Assembly: GCF_018350175.1 (NCBI RefSeq)
Contig: NC_058368.1
Span: 39,062,001 to 39,126,000 of the forward strand
DNA: 64,000 nucleotides
Source: Felis catus
Taxonomy: Eukaryota
Direction: 5' to 3'
The notes under the pieces are model-generated. The model saw only the letters and a list, made by a program, of their open reading frames with translations, was not told where the DNA came from and made no database searches. Both the position numbers and the translations under genes were made by a program. Positions 25,573-39,124 of this stretch are shown here, piece by piece. Every line of letters begins with the position of its first letter. Within the stretch, counting starts at the first letter, position 1.

Positions 25573-28180
25573 CTATTTATGCATTCATCTATGGATGGAC
25601 ATGATCTGCTTCCATTATTGGCTATTGTAAATAATGCTGTAATAAACATAGTTTATTGTGTATCCCTTTGAATTGGTGTTTTTTTTGTATTTTTTGGGTA
25701 AATACACAGTAGTGTGATTACTGGAACTTAGTGTATTTACATTTTTAACTTTTAGAGGAATCCCCATACTGTTTTCCAGAGTGGCTACACCAGTTTGCAT
25801 TTCCACCAGCAGTGTATGCGGGTTCCTTTTTCTCCACATTGTCACTAACACTTGTTTCTTGAGTTGTTTATTCTAGCTATTCTGACAGGTATGAGATGAT
25901 ATCTCATAGTTTTGATAATGAGTGATGTTGACCATCTTTTTATGTGTCTGTTGGCCATCTGGATGTTTTATTTGGAGAAATGTCTGTCCATATCTTCTAC
26001 CCATTTTTAAATTGGATTATTTGATTTTTTGATGATGAGTTGTGTAAGTTCTTTATATATTTTGGATACTAACCATTTTTTGGATATGCCATTTGCAGAT
26101 ATCTTCTGCAATTCAGTAAGATGTCTTTTAGCTTTTTTAAAAATTGTTTCTTTGCTGTGCAGAAGCTGTTTATTTTGATGTGGTTCCAATAATTTTGCAT
26201 TTATTTCCTTTGCTTCAGGAGACTTACCTAAAAGCAACTGTTACTATGGCTGTGCTCCCTTCTAGGATTTTTATGGTTTCATGTCTCATATTTAGGTCTT
26301 TGATCTGTTTTGAATTTATTTTTGTGTATAGTGTAAGAAAAAGGTCCAATTTTACTCTTTTCGTGTAGCTGTCCAGTTTTCCCAAAATGATTTGTTTTTT
26401 TTTCCCATTGCATATTATTTCCTCCTTTGCCAAAGATTAATCTTATGATTGTGCATTTGTTTTTTGGTTTTCTGTTCTGTTCCACTGATGTGTGTCTGTT
26501 TTTGTGCTAGTATCTACTGTTTGGTGTACTACTGCTTTGTAGCATAACTTAAGTCTGGAATTGTGATAGCTCTAATTTTGTTTTTCGTCAGGATTGTTTT
26601 GGTTATTCAAGACTGCTTTTGTGGATTGATACAAATTTTTGGATTGTTTGTTTTAGTTGTGTGAAAAATCCTATTGGTGTTTCATAGCGATTGCATTATA
26701 TCTGTAGATTGTTTTGGGTAGGATGGACATTTTAACAATATTTGTTCTTCCAATTCATGAGCATGGAATGTCTTTCCATTTCTTTGTGTGGTCTTCAGTT
26801 TCTTTCCTCATTATTTTATAGTTTTTAAAGTACAGGTCTTTCACCTCTTTAGTTTATTCCTGGGTACTTTATTATTTTTGGTGTAATTATAAGTGGGATT
26901 TTCTTAATTTCTCTTTCTGCTGCCTCATTATTAATGTATAGATATGCAACAGATTTCTGTATGTTGATTTTGTGTCCTGCAACTTTACTGAATTCATTTA
27001 TCAGTTTTAGTAGTTTTTTGTTTTTGGTGGGGTCTATGAGGTTTTCTACATATTGTATCATGTCATCTGCAAATAATGGAAGTTTTACTTCTTCCTTACC
27101 AGTTTGGATGCCTTTTATTTCTTTTTGTTGTCTGATTGCTGTGGCTAGGACTTCCAGCACTATGTTGAAGAGCAGTGGTGAGACTGAATATCCTTGACTA
27201 GTTCCTGACCTTGGGGAAAAGCTCTCAGTTTTTCCTCATTGAGTATGATGTTCACTGTGGGCTTTTCATATATGGTCTTTGTTATGGTGAGGTATGTTCT
27301 CTTTATTTTATTTTTAATTTTTTTAATGTTTATTTATTAATTTTGAGAGACAGAAGCCATGAGCAGGGAGAAGCAGAGAGAGTGGGAGAGAGGGAATCCC
27401 AAGCAGGCTTTACACCCAGTGTGGAGCCCAACATGAGGCTCTATCCCACAATCATGACCTGAGCTGAAATCAAGAGTTGGCCGCCTAACCAGCTGAGCCA
27501 CCCAGGCACCCCAGGTATGTTCTCTTTAAACCTACTTTTTGAGGGTGGATGTTACACTTTGATTTTTCTGCATCCATTAAAATTATCATATAGTTTTTAT
27601 CCTTTCTCTTACTGATGTGATATATCACATTGATTGATTTGCATATATTGAGTCATCCTTGCATCCTGGGAATAAATCCCACGTGATTGTGGTGAATTTT
27701 TTTTCATGTATTGTTAGATTTGGTTTGCTAGTATTTTGTTGAGGATTTTTCTATCCATGTTCGGCAGAGATATTGGCCTCTTTGTGTCACTTTTGTGTCA
27801 CTTTTTTTGTGGTGTCTTTAGCTGATTTTGGTATCAGGGTAATACTGGTCTCATAGAATGAATTTGGAAGTTTTTCTTCTTCTATTTTTTGGAATAGTTT
27901 GAGAAGAATAGGTATTAACTCTTCTTTAAATATGTGGTAGCATTTGATATGAAGCCATCTGGTCCAGACTTTTGTTTGTGGGGAGCTTTTTGATTACTGA
28001 TTCAATTTATTGCTAGTAATTAGTCTGTTCAAATTTTGTATTTCTTACTGCTTCAGTTTTCATAGGTTATATGTTTCTAGGATCTTATTTCTTCTAGTTT
28101 GTCCAATTTGTTGACATACAATTTTTCGTAATAATCTCTTATAATTGTTTGTATTTCTGTGATGTTGGTTGTTATTTCTC
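24930..28180 (-). mobile_element. Carnivore L1, 5'-truncated: 3'UTR plus ORF2 RT region (plus a short second L1 3' piece with (TTTA)n(TTCA)n tail at ~24930-25105)
   Basis: ORF 26849-27160(-) gives '[33 protein letters not shown]', the L1 RT catalytic FADD motif; neighbouring ORFs give ORF2 C-terminal pieces; frameshifted. Confidence 0.95.
27306..27512 (-). mobile_element. Can-SINE nested in L1
   Basis: TSD aggtatgttctcttta at 27290-27305 and 27513-27528. Confidence 0.96.
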
Positions 28181-28289
28181 ATTTTTGACTGACTTATTTT
28201 ACTTAGCACTGTACCCTCTAGCTCCATACATATTGTTGCAAATAGCAAGATTTATTTATTTATTTTTATTTCAACCTTTCAAGAAAAAA

Positions 28290-28715
28290 AACAAAAACAA
28301 AAACAGAAAAGGTACAGAGAGTGCAATGGTGGTTGCCAGAGTCTGGGAGGAGAGAATGGTAATTACTAGCCATAGGGTACAAAGTTTCAGTTACACAGCA
28401 TGGATAAGTCCTAGAGATCTGCTATACAGCATAATGCTTATAGTTAATAATGCTCTATTGGGTACTTAAAACTTTGTCAAGAGGATGGATCTTTTGTGTC
28501 CTTACCAAAACAAAAAAAACAAACAAATAAACAAACAAACAAAAAACACAGTAGGGATGGAGGAAACTTTTGGAGGCGATCAATGTGTTTATGGTATCAA
28601 ATGTGCTGATGGTTTCATCAATGTATACTTATCTCCAAATTGAGCAACTTGTATACATTAAATATGTGTAGCTTTTTTGGTTCTCAATCATACCTCACTA
28701 AAGTGGTTTAAAAAA
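28290..28715 (+). mobile_element. L1MA/MB 3' end
   Basis: 'atggtggttgccag...gggtacaaagtttcagtta...ctagagatctgctatacagcat...ggaggaaacttttggagg'. Confidence 0.85.
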
Positions 28716-30069
28716 TACTGTGTTTCCAAACCCTATCATATGATTTTAGCATCACTTAGCAAGTTTAGACTTACTCCACATTGTAAGATATATAATAGAA
28801 AAAATCAACAAGTAGATTAAAGGAATAAGAAAATGCAGTTGAGCTTAAAATGTGAGGTTTTTTTGTAACTTCAGTAAACTGAAGCAGTTTTCACATGTAC
28901 ACTATCCAGTGTGTAGTCGCCAAACAAGAACTGCATCTGTGAAGGATTAGTTATAATGTCAACATAGTAGATGATGTCTTCAGGAATTGTTTCAGTGAGG
29001 TAAGAGTGTCTCTTCCTAAGAGTAGTATAATAAGTGGTCTTAAACCTTTGCCTTCCTGGCCATACACAGTATTGTTTGTTAATTGAGTCCCATTAGCCCA
29101 GGAATGAACAGATTTATTACAAGGTGCCAACACTGAAGGAAAGTGGGGGCACCTAAAGGAGATTAGATAAAAACTTAAGGGTTGTTTTGACTGTATATTT
29201 TATTCACAGGTAAAATTAAGTCTAGATTTTGGGCCCATACCAAGAAATGCCTTTAGATTCAAATAAGAATATTCAGAATAGAAGCCTTATTAGAGTCATC
29301 GTTAATGGGTGATAAGTGTTTATAATTCAGACATTGAAATAGAAGAAAGAAAAAAAATCTAGGGGAAAAAGTCACAAGATCATGGGGATAAAAGCATGAA
29401 TATCTGTGGTATTAGTCATCTGCATCTTGTTTCATAGGGTCTTGAATTAAAGTTGTCTACTTCATGTAATCATTTCATGGCATGTAAAATGCCAAACATT
29501 TTTGCACTTTTTTTTTGGTTTTCAAATCATAATAGGATGGTAAAAACTTATAGTTAAATATCTCTTGTTGATACCAAGTTCTAATTTATTGACTAATAAG
29601 ATGGATGTGGTTATATATAGTAAATTACATGTTCATGATATTTCAGGCTGGACATTAAATATATTTTTTAAGGTTCTATATCTATGGCTTAAATATCCCC
29701 AATGTTCTGGAGTCAATTGAAAATAAAAAGCAGGCTTGGAGAAAATTAGTTATTACTGGCTCTTTTTAAAAATAGAAAATACATATTTCTTTTTTAAAGT
29801 TGAAAATACTAGCTCAGTGTAAATTAAAGCCATTGATGCGAGGTTGCTTTCTAATAAATATAATTCTCTTTGCTTGCTCTCATTAATTTGCATAACAAAA
29901 TACTTACAAACTATCCTTAGCATATTAATTGATATTTATTAAACTTTAATGAAGCATGATGATATTAAGAGGTTATGTTGAGTTTTTTGTTTTTTTGGTC
30001 AAGAATCAGGGAATATATATACATTTTCATTATGCCAGATGCTCCTGAAATTCCTCAAAAAGATATATG

Positions 30070-30071
<2 letters not shown>

Positions 30072-30121
<50 letters not shown>
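30072..30121. repeat. (CA)n microsatellite
   Basis: Uninterrupted AC repeat of about 24 units. Confidence 0.98.
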
Positions 30122-30124
<3 letters not shown>

Positions 30125-31577
30125 CAAAGCAAATAGAATTGCTATTATGATACCAGTTGGAATTTTGCCCCTATATTTTAGTGCAGAATTCTGATGAGCT
30201 ATATAGAATCCTGGAGAAATCATTGTGAAGACAGAATTTCCCTCAGAAAACAAATAGTGAAAGAGGAAACTTTTAAGAGGGAGCAGAGCATTCTACCCAG
30301 CTGAAATTACATCTAAATAAGAAAACTAGGCATGATAGAGCTATTTTGCCAATCTGGACATATTGAAAAGAGAGAAAGCATAAAAAGAAAGTTATTCACT
30401 CAAATACTTTAAGTTTTCACGGGGAAGTTTTGTGCTTGTCTTTTGCTATAAAGCCTGTCCTTGATAAATTTAACTGTAACTTACAAGAAGAAAACCCCCC
30501 AAATCTGTATCTCTGACATTTACCCATTTTAGAGCTTCCATTCAGCATTTTAATTGCCCATCAAAAGTCATATTCTTAATATTCAACAGGCATCACATAT
30601 TATATATGTCAAAATTGGAGTTCATTTTCTCATTTTTAGAGTCTCCGTCTTCTTTTATTATCTAATTTGATTAATGGTGCAGCCAACAGCCTTATAAGTT
30701 TCTCTTATAAATAAAATATAATGTGTAAGTACCTTTTGTCTTGCCCTCCATATCTAGCCAATAAGATAGTCTGTTGATTACTTATTCGCCATATCATATA
30801 CAGATATTCATAAACACTGCCATTCTTATTGACATGGTTATTTTTATATTTTTATTTAAAATGGTGCAATAACTATAAAGTAAGAAAATATTAAAAAGTG
30901 AACTGGTATGCCTCTATATCTACTCCTAAGTCTAAATTAATATTAATATTAACATTTTGCCACATGATGTATTTTGGATATTTTAATGAAGTAACATTTT
31001 TCCACTCACTGACAAAAACAAAATAAAACAAAGGGTGCAAATTGCTGACTGCCTTTTCTGCACTACAAACTGAGGACGAATTTTAAGTAAACAGTTGTGG
31101 AATAATCTGGGAAACTAATATAAAACTTTGAGGAATGCTTAAGAAAGAACGTATTTGTTTTCCAGAGCTAAAATGACTGAAAACTAGAGAGATATAGTGG
31201 AATAAGAGCTTTTCAGTTAGGCTACTTGTTCTGTCCTTCCACCCAATTTGCTCATGAAATAATGTTTTCAAACAATGTGAAGGGAAATATGAGTATATTA
31301 TCAGGAATATAGGCCCTCGGAAAGTTTGTGTACTCTGTAAACAATACTTTAGGATCGAGAACAGAGGGGGAGGGAGAAGGAATTGGAGGGGGAAGGTGGC
31401 AGAGAGAAGTGCTGCTGTTATTCCCTGGGGCTCAGGGGATTCCTTGATTCTGTGCGGTATCCCTTTGAAAAATTTTCCTACTGTCTGATTTTCCATCTCC
31501 ATGCTTTAAACTTGCATTGTCTTGCTAACCGGTCTGTCTCTGCCTCGCCCTTCTCACAGTTATTGGGATATCTGTCC

Positions 31578-31610
<33 letters not shown>

Positions 31611-32587
31611 ATTGATCATTGACCGACCTCCCTCCTTTACTTCCTTCATACCTGACTGTCTTAATACCTGTATGCTTTTTATTGAAGTGTGGTATATACA
31701 TTATAAAGGACACAAATTTAATCAATTCTGTCAGTTCATGAATTTTTACAGTTATGTATAACTTTTAACTTCCACTCGATGCCTGCGGTAGTGTTGATTC
31801 TAATTAGAATATTTTACAAACATTTATGATAAAATTTACTGTATAGAATATATGGAAGGTTTGCTATGTACTCAGTATTAAACTAAGAACTGTTTAAGCT
31901 AGATAGATTATTAATTGTAAATAAATTGCAATTTGTAGAGAAATGGAATGCATCAACAATACAGTATTTAGGTATAAAACTGGGAAATCCTACAACTCAT
32001 TGCTAACTCCATCTGTACTCAGTTCTTACTTGTCTCTCCATGTCAAATCATATCCCAATAGGGAAATGGAGACTCAGGTTGCTGATTCTGATGGATTAAG
32101 GCCCTCTCAACATGGCATATGGGGTTGCACCTTTCTTTTGTACTTTGCTAATCATTAGTAAACCCTGGTTCTGGATAAGATTAAAAATTTGTGACTCAGC
32201 CTGAAAAATGAGACATTTTAAAACTGGTGAACAAGAAAGCTTGTTTTTCAGACCCACATACATAATGTCTAAGGTATTCATTGAAAGGAATAGGAGGGGA
32301 AAATAGACATAATGAGAATTTGATATCCAGATTGTTGTCAACTCATGCATGATTTGAAGTGGCTAAAGCTTTGTGACAGATCATAGGGCACACATCCTAC
32401 TGATGAAATTTGATGAGATAAAGTCAAAGTAGTGAGATTAATAAGTCAGTAGACAGGGATATGATCCCTTTCTGGTATGTATATACATTTGGTGACTGAA
32501 GTGTCTTAAGGTTTGAGGGGTTGACAGAGGGAGTGTAAAAATCATTTTGAATTGATTTTTTTCTAGTATTTTTTAATGTTTCAAGGA

Positions 32588-32750
32588 ATTTTATTTTATT
32601 TGATTTTATTTTTTATATGAAATTTATTGTCAAATTGGTTCCCATACAACACCCAGTGCTCATCCCAACAGGTGCCCTCCTCAATGCCCATCACCCACCC
32701 TCCCCTCCCTTCCACCCCCCATCAACCCTCAGTTTATTCTCAGTTTTTGA
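32588..32750 (-). mobile_element. Young felid L1 (L1_Fc-like) extreme 3' fragment
   Basis: 'atgaaatttattgtcaaattggtt...acaacacccagtgctcatcccaacaggtgccctcctcaatgcccatcaccc...aaccctcagtttattctc'. Confidence 0.85.
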
Positions 32751-33600
32751 GGTATATTTTACATACAACATTGTGTAAGTTTAAAGTATGCAACCTGATG
32801 ATTTGATACACATGTATATTACAAATCGAATACCACAGTAAAGTTAGTTAATATATCCATCACTTCACAAAATTATACATTTTTGTTTGTGTAGTGAGAA
32901 TATTTAATATTCTCTTAGCTACTTTTGATCATATAATACAGTATTATTAACTCTAGTTACTATGCTGAATGTTAGATCTCCAGAACACACACATCTTATA
33001 ACTGGAGGATGGTACCCTTTGACCAACATTTCCCCAGTTTGCCCATACCCTAGTTCTTGGCAACCACCATTCTACTCTGTTTCAATGAGTTTGGCCTTTT
33101 TTAGATTTCACTTATATGAAAGTTCATATAGTGTTTCTCTTTGTCTGACTTATTTCATACTTATTGTCAGGACTGTCATCCATATTGTCATCCATAATTT
33201 GCAGAATTTACTTATTTTTTAATGGCTGATTAATATTCCATAGCATGTATGTATTCATTGTCTTTATCCACTCATCCCTCGATGGACATTTACATAGTTT
33301 TCATGTCTTAGTTATTCTGAATAATGCTTCAATGCACATTGGGGAACAAATATCTCTTTGAGATAGTGATTTAATTTCCTTTGACTATATACCAAGAATT
33401 GGGATTGCTGGAGCATCCTTTTTTTCCCATAGTGACACAAGTTTACATTCCCACCAACAGTTCACTAGAGTTCCCTTTTCACAAACTTCCCAATACTTGT
33501 TATCTCTCTCTTTTTTTTATAATAATTGTTAACAACTATTGTGAGATATTATTTTGGTTTTGATTTGCATTTCCCTGGTGATAAGTGATGCTGATTTTTG
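32750..33600 (-). mobile_element. L1MA-type 3' end
   Basis: 'gttagatctccagaac...ggcaaccaccattctactctgtttc...tttacattcccaccaacag...gatttgcatttccctg'. Confidence 0.88.
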
Positions 33601-35050
33601 AGGAGTAGCTATGATACTCAAGAAATTCAGATGCCTGTGGATTACATTGTGTATGGAAGATCCATTTAATGCTCTGTTATCTCATTGTTGAATGACATTT
33701 GCAATGAAAGGTACATCATTATCAGATTGAGAATGGTGCAGAAAGCTCAACATATGATATCATTCAGTTTCAAGGGCTACGATTGTCCAGAGTTGGCTGA
33801 TGGAACTTGGACAGCAACAATACTAAAAGTGTTGAGAAATCACCAATAACCTGGAGAGAGAAAGAGATCAGAGGTCTGATTTAGTCAGTCTGCCAGGAGT
33901 GCAAAATACAGTGTGATTTCTGTTATCAAGAAAACTGGCTCAGCTTTTGGCAAGATTTACAAGTCTGACATACAATTGGAACTTTTTTATCAGAAACGTA
34001 GAGCTCTTTACTCTGTGCTTGGTCTTAGATGGTTGACTGTTGCTATGTTTGGTGTGATTATGCAGAGAACCATGTATCGGTTGCTAGTATACTGGAAAAT
34101 GTAGGTTCAGTCAGCAGCTTGATTCTTTTCAGTCTCATCAGAGTATGAGCCTTTACCATGGATCTACAAGGGTGACCCTCACCATCTGATCTGCATCCAT
34201 GCTTTGTTTGCATAGTATGGAGCCAAACAGCCTTGACTTTGTCATTCAGTGGTTTTCCAAGTGGCAGGCTATACAGACAGGTTATTGGCTATAACCCAAG
34301 GTCTGTAAAAACATATCAAATCTATCAAGGAAAGTATTGAAGAAAACTGAGACAATATCCTTGATTTCTGCACAAGGAATGGAATGACCAACCGCCTGTT
34401 TTCAGTTGTACGTGTCTGCCACTGAGATTAAAAATGAGCAGCATCCCAGTGTGCACCATTGGATTTCAACTTAGTTAATCATCAGTGAACAAATCCCAAT
34501 TATTTAGAGGAACATCTATGAATTGAGAGCCTCATTTATTCAGTATATTTGTTTAGACATTTGAGTTGGAGAAGGATCATACTTCACTCTAAGGAACAGT
34601 GGCCACTTTTTTATGTAAAGCCAAAGGTACCACTGGGACCAGGTTGCCTACATTCTTTTCCATTTGACATTCACATTTGACAAGTGAAACTTCTGGGCCC
34701 TTACCACTTTTTAGCCATCGAGTTGGATTTGACCCCATCACAACATTGGACTGTCAGACTGGGGAATCGTATGCTATTTATGGGTCAGATGTTCGGTTTA
34801 AACACAAGTCCAGTGTAAGTCATCACTTCTTTTCCAAAGGGTATATCAAACCTGCCACTTTCGCATTCTGTGTGTAAGAAGCTTGGAATTTTCCACTCCA
34901 TGATGACAAATAAAATGCTGAACACACTGAAGTATCAAAAAATTTTCTATGATCCACAAAAAAGGTGAGGACATAGGGCAAATCACTGCTCTCAAGATAG
35001 AGTTAGATAGGCTAATACAGGGAATCATTGCTTACTTTAGTAGATTCACA
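33600..35050 (+). mobile_element. Fossil hAT (Tip100-type) DNA-transposon transposase coding region, heavily frameshifted
   Basis: Colinear degenerate motifs across three frames: FKGYD..DGTW (~FRGHD..GNF), PGVQN, LA-D..SDIQLE, HQS..AFTM..IYKG, HALF..GA-NSLDFVIQ (~HCxAHxLNL), LDRLIQG..RF. Confidence 0.65.
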
Positions 35051-35051
35051 A

Positions 35052-35470
35052 GTAGAAACCACTGTGGGAATCACTTTTGGGTAGAAATATCTGAACTGTT
35101 ATTGATGAATTGCTGGAAGCTCAGTGTGGACAAGTCTGAGACTTAAAAAATCCAGGGGGACCCAGTCATAAAGGTTGCTCCAGCGATATTGTAAGATCCA
35201 CCTCCAGGAGCTTGAGCAGGTTCTCAGAGTAAATATTGGAGGAAAATAAATGATATCTTGTTTCCAGTGAGGGTTGGGGAGTGGGAATAGGTGGAAAGGA
35301 ACCATTTTGAAAAATGCCAGATCATGCTTTAACAAGGCCTACCCTCAGGAGAAACTGGTTAACCAGAGCCTAATGCTCTGGAGTTTTATCAGAGCCTAAC
35401 TGACTTGGAGGAAGGGAAATGCCTTCCTAGTCAGCACTAGTTTTCCTTGTAAGGGAAGGGAAGTCACACA
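35052..35470 (+). mobile_element. Old L1 5'-region fragment
   Basis: 'gatgaattgctggaagctcagtgtggacaagtctgagacttaaaaaatccagggggacccagtcat' is a recalled L1M 5' motif. Confidence 0.65.
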
Positions 35471-37590
35471 ACTCCAAAAGGGTGTGTTTGGTAGCAGTAT
35501 AAGGAAAGCTCAGTACTCTTAAGGGTTGACTCGAGATAGAAGATTCCTCCCTTTGCCAGCCACTTGAAGTGGGAAAAATTCATTTCCTGGAGCAGGTAGT
35601 TCAAAAGTGTCATTGGGTTGTCTGCCTCAAAAGTAGAGATTAAGCCACAGCTTTTTTCAGCATTTTCCAATATACATCAATTTGTTGTGATTTGAGCCTC
35701 CCAAAAAGAATACTAATTTGTGGGTCAAGTAGAATGTTCATGCGTAAAAACTTAACAATGCAAAGGTCTGTTTTTATATATCCACTTAATATCTTACAAG
35801 TATAAAATAAAAGGTTCTTTAGGAATCCTGAGAAAATGTTAGCTTTTCTCCTTTAAACACATGGAGAAGTGCTAATATGACAACATTAAAATGTTTCATC
35901 AATCAATATCTACTTAATTGTCAACTACCAATGTTTTATCCCTTTGTTAACACATAAGTATATAATATAAAGACCATTATTGTATGTAATTCTCTTGATG
36001 ACAGTGGATTGTATTACACCTTTTCCAATTATGCAGTAGAGTGAGATGACAAAGTCACAATGAAAAAGGTTTAAAGAATTTTTTCTGATAATTTGGATAA
36101 TTTGTTCAAAGCATGTTGTATCTTAACTATTACCTTCTTCCTGGCATACCCAACCTTCTGCCTAGTACAGAATAGGCTCCCAAGAAATATTTATTGAATT
36201 CAGTAGTTAAGAGAGGAAGGTATAGGAAATAATAGAAACTTCTTAGCAATATTTATGACCTTTTAAATTTATTTGCAGTAATTTTCATAATAAATATCAC
36301 CAACAAATTGTCTTATTTCTGTCCCTCTACTGGATATATGAGAAGTGGAAAGAAATAACAGATGGGTTTCCCAGTTTTTACATGAAAACCAGAGGGCTGT
36401 GTAAAGCTTGTAAGACATCACTTTTCCTCTGGTGTTTTCATACACTGAAGGAAACTAGTTGGGGCATCAACACATTTGATTCATCTCCAGAAGAAACAAA
36501 CTTCTCACAAAGGAAGGTGTCAAAATGGATCAGAATCAATAACAACTGCCAAGCACTCAGAGCCTGCTCTAGCATGTCAGTCACAGGGACACTAGAAGAA
36601 AAAAAGTAATTTCATTGGGCTTTGGAGACACACTGTAAAAAAACTTGGGGAAAAGTGAACTCATTTCTATATTTTAATGCATTTTAAATGAAAAATAATA
36701 TTTCTAGGTTTAGCTCAATAAATATATCATATTATTTGCTCTACTATATTGAATTTGTAAATGGTCTTTCATAAGTTGTGTTCCACATGTGCCTCTTAGT
36801 TTTTGATCATCTATATAAAGGTCACTGTGATGAGGAAAATGCTCTACACATTATGACCCTTAATAACAGTATGCTTAATGGACTGTTATCAAACTGAGGA
36901 CCATTGTCACCTGGAAAAGCAAGAAGAGAAGGTGACTTGGTATGGGGGGGGGAGGGAAGAAGGGTAGATAGTGGGGTCAAAGATATACTTTACTTAATTG
37001 ATCTATTTGTTTCACATATCTTCAGAGTAAAAACCTCGTATGCCTATGAAATAAACTTCATTTCTCCATCTTCCAAATGCATGACATATGTTTACAGGGC
37101 CTAAAATTAGATAGAAATTTTAAATAAAATTGTATAGGAAACAATGTCATTTTGCATTCATTAAACATCATATCTGCTAGGTGTTTTACATATATTATTT
37201 TTTCTCTTCACAATAGTCATAAAAGATACAGAAAATAAAGTAGAGGTTAAATAAGTAAAACATTTTGATAGCAAGTGGTAGTTCAGGGAATCAAACACGT
37301 GTTTACCTTTAACTAAAGTTCATATAACCTCAGTTATATGACATTGTTTTACAAACAATATACTTCTATTTTATCCACAGTAAGTGTCTTGGTATACATA
37401 TTCCAGGTTATCCTTTCCTTTTATTATTTTATTATGGCCTCAGAATATCTATCAATTATTTTCTACTATTTACAGACATGTAACTTAAGTTAATGACTCT
37501 GTTGCATTAAGTATTTAATAACCATGTCTTATCTATTCTGAATTATTTTTCTCTTTCTGCTTTATATCTTTCTTCTTGAACATTATCACT

Positions 37591-37935
37591 ACTATAGATT
37601 GAATATCCCTAAAATTCCTATCTTGAAACCTCACACCCTGTGTGATAGTATTAGGAGGTGACTTTGGAAGGTGCTTAGGTCTGAGGGTAGAGCCCTCAAG
37701 AATGTGATTAGTGCTTTTACAAAAGACATCCCGTAGAGCTCGTTAGCTCATTCTGTCATGTAAGGTTATAATGAAAAGACACCTGTCTAGGAAGTGAGCT
37801 CTCACCAGACACATCATCTTTTGGTGCCTTGAACTCAGACTTCCCAGCCTGTAGAACTGTGAAAATTAAATTTCTGTTGCTTGTAAGACACCTAATCTGA
37901 GATATTTTGTTATAGCAGCCTGAATGAACTAAAAC
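37591..37935 (+). mobile_element. MaLR LTR (MLT1A-like)
   Basis: 'tgtgatagtattaggaggtg...gagccctcaagaatgtgattagtgc...ctcaccagaca...gacttcccagcctgtagaactgtg...ttgttatagcagcctgaatg'. Confidence 0.88.
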
Positions 37936-38494
37936 TAAAGCTACTCACCCATAAAGGTCTAGAACTAGGCTCACTTCCTTCATGAAAATGGAGTCAGCAC
38001 TGTTTAGTATAGTCCTCTCCAGTATTTCATTCACAATCTTGCATGAACACACTTGAAGAAAGAAAAAAACTTCATTAACAAATGAGAAATTATCCTAATC
38101 CTATTTTTCATGATTTCTCCACACTTAATACTTTTTGTCTATAATCCCTTCTGTGCTATTGTTCATTCATAAATTTACAATCTTTGAGCAGCTACCATAT
38201 ATCAGAAAGTGTTCTAGACATTGGGTTGGAGATGTAACATTTAGGAAAACAGAATAAATCTCACCTCCATGACACATCCATTCTAGTGGAAGAAAAACAG
38301 ATTTAGATATAGAATATATTAGATAGTGATATATTCTATATAGAAAAATAGAAAAGGAAAAAATGGGATAAGATAATGATCATGGCACTTACCCCATTAT
38401 ATAATTTTTTTTGTTCTGTTACCTGATAAATTTTTAAACTGAAATTTTTTAAGCAGCTACTACATGTGTTTTCCTTCTTTGATTATCTGTGAAT

Positions 38495-38942
38495 TTATTA
38501 TTTCCCTATTGCTCTTGTAACAAACTAACACAAGTTGATTTTTTTTTAACACAAGTTGCCTTTAGGCAGCACAGTTCAGAAGTCAAAAATGGATCCAGAG
38601 GTCTGTGTCTTTTCTGAACACTCTAGGGCATAATCTATTTCCTTGTTTTTTCAGCTTGTAAATGCTGTCTACATTTCTTGGCTCTTAACCCTTTCTTTCA
38701 TCTTCAGAGACAGAAGTGTAGCATCTTCAGCTTTTTCTGTCTGATTCTGACTCTTATGCCTTCCTTTTGTAAAGACTCTTGTGATTACATTGGGCCCACT
38801 GGATAATCCAGGATAATCTTTTGATGTCAAGATTCTTTTATCACATCTGCAAAGTTGCTTTTGCCATTCAAGGTTACATATTCAAAGGTTTTGTGGATTA
38901 GGACATGGACATCTTTGGGGTGCTATTATTTTATTCACCACA
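38495..38942 (-). mobile_element. MaLR LTR (MLT1C-like)
   Basis: 'ttgtgattacattgggcccactggataatccaggataatct...gattaggacatggacatctttgggg...caccaca'. Confidence 0.88.
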
Positions 38943-39026
38943 GTCTTATATATAAGTATAAATACACATATACATGTGAATATAAGTATATATGACATGG
39001 AAATATGTTTCTTGTATATGAGCATT

Positions 39027-39060
<34 letters not shown>

Positions 39061-39124
39061 GATATAGAATAGGTAGGGTGATGATTTTTTCAAAAAAGAA
39101 AGTAAGCTTTTAGAAAATAGGGAC

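Noticed and set aside
26849..27160. Reverse-transcriptase ORF as part of a novel RT system
   Set aside because: Ordinary L1 ORF2 fragment within a truncated, frameshifted L1.
28177..28715. Second possible twin-primed L1
   Set aside because: The two pieces look like different L1 subfamilies and I found no TSD.
31083..31502. 139-aa minus-strand ORF
   Set aside because: No recognisable domain or splice context; composition fits a chance ORF.
33760..33960. Possible endogenous RNA-virus element ('LADGTW' resembles rhabdovirus G; 'LAQLLAR' resembles bornavirus L)
   Set aside because: These are isolated short matches to unrelated proteins; the ordered hAT transposase motifs explain the region better.
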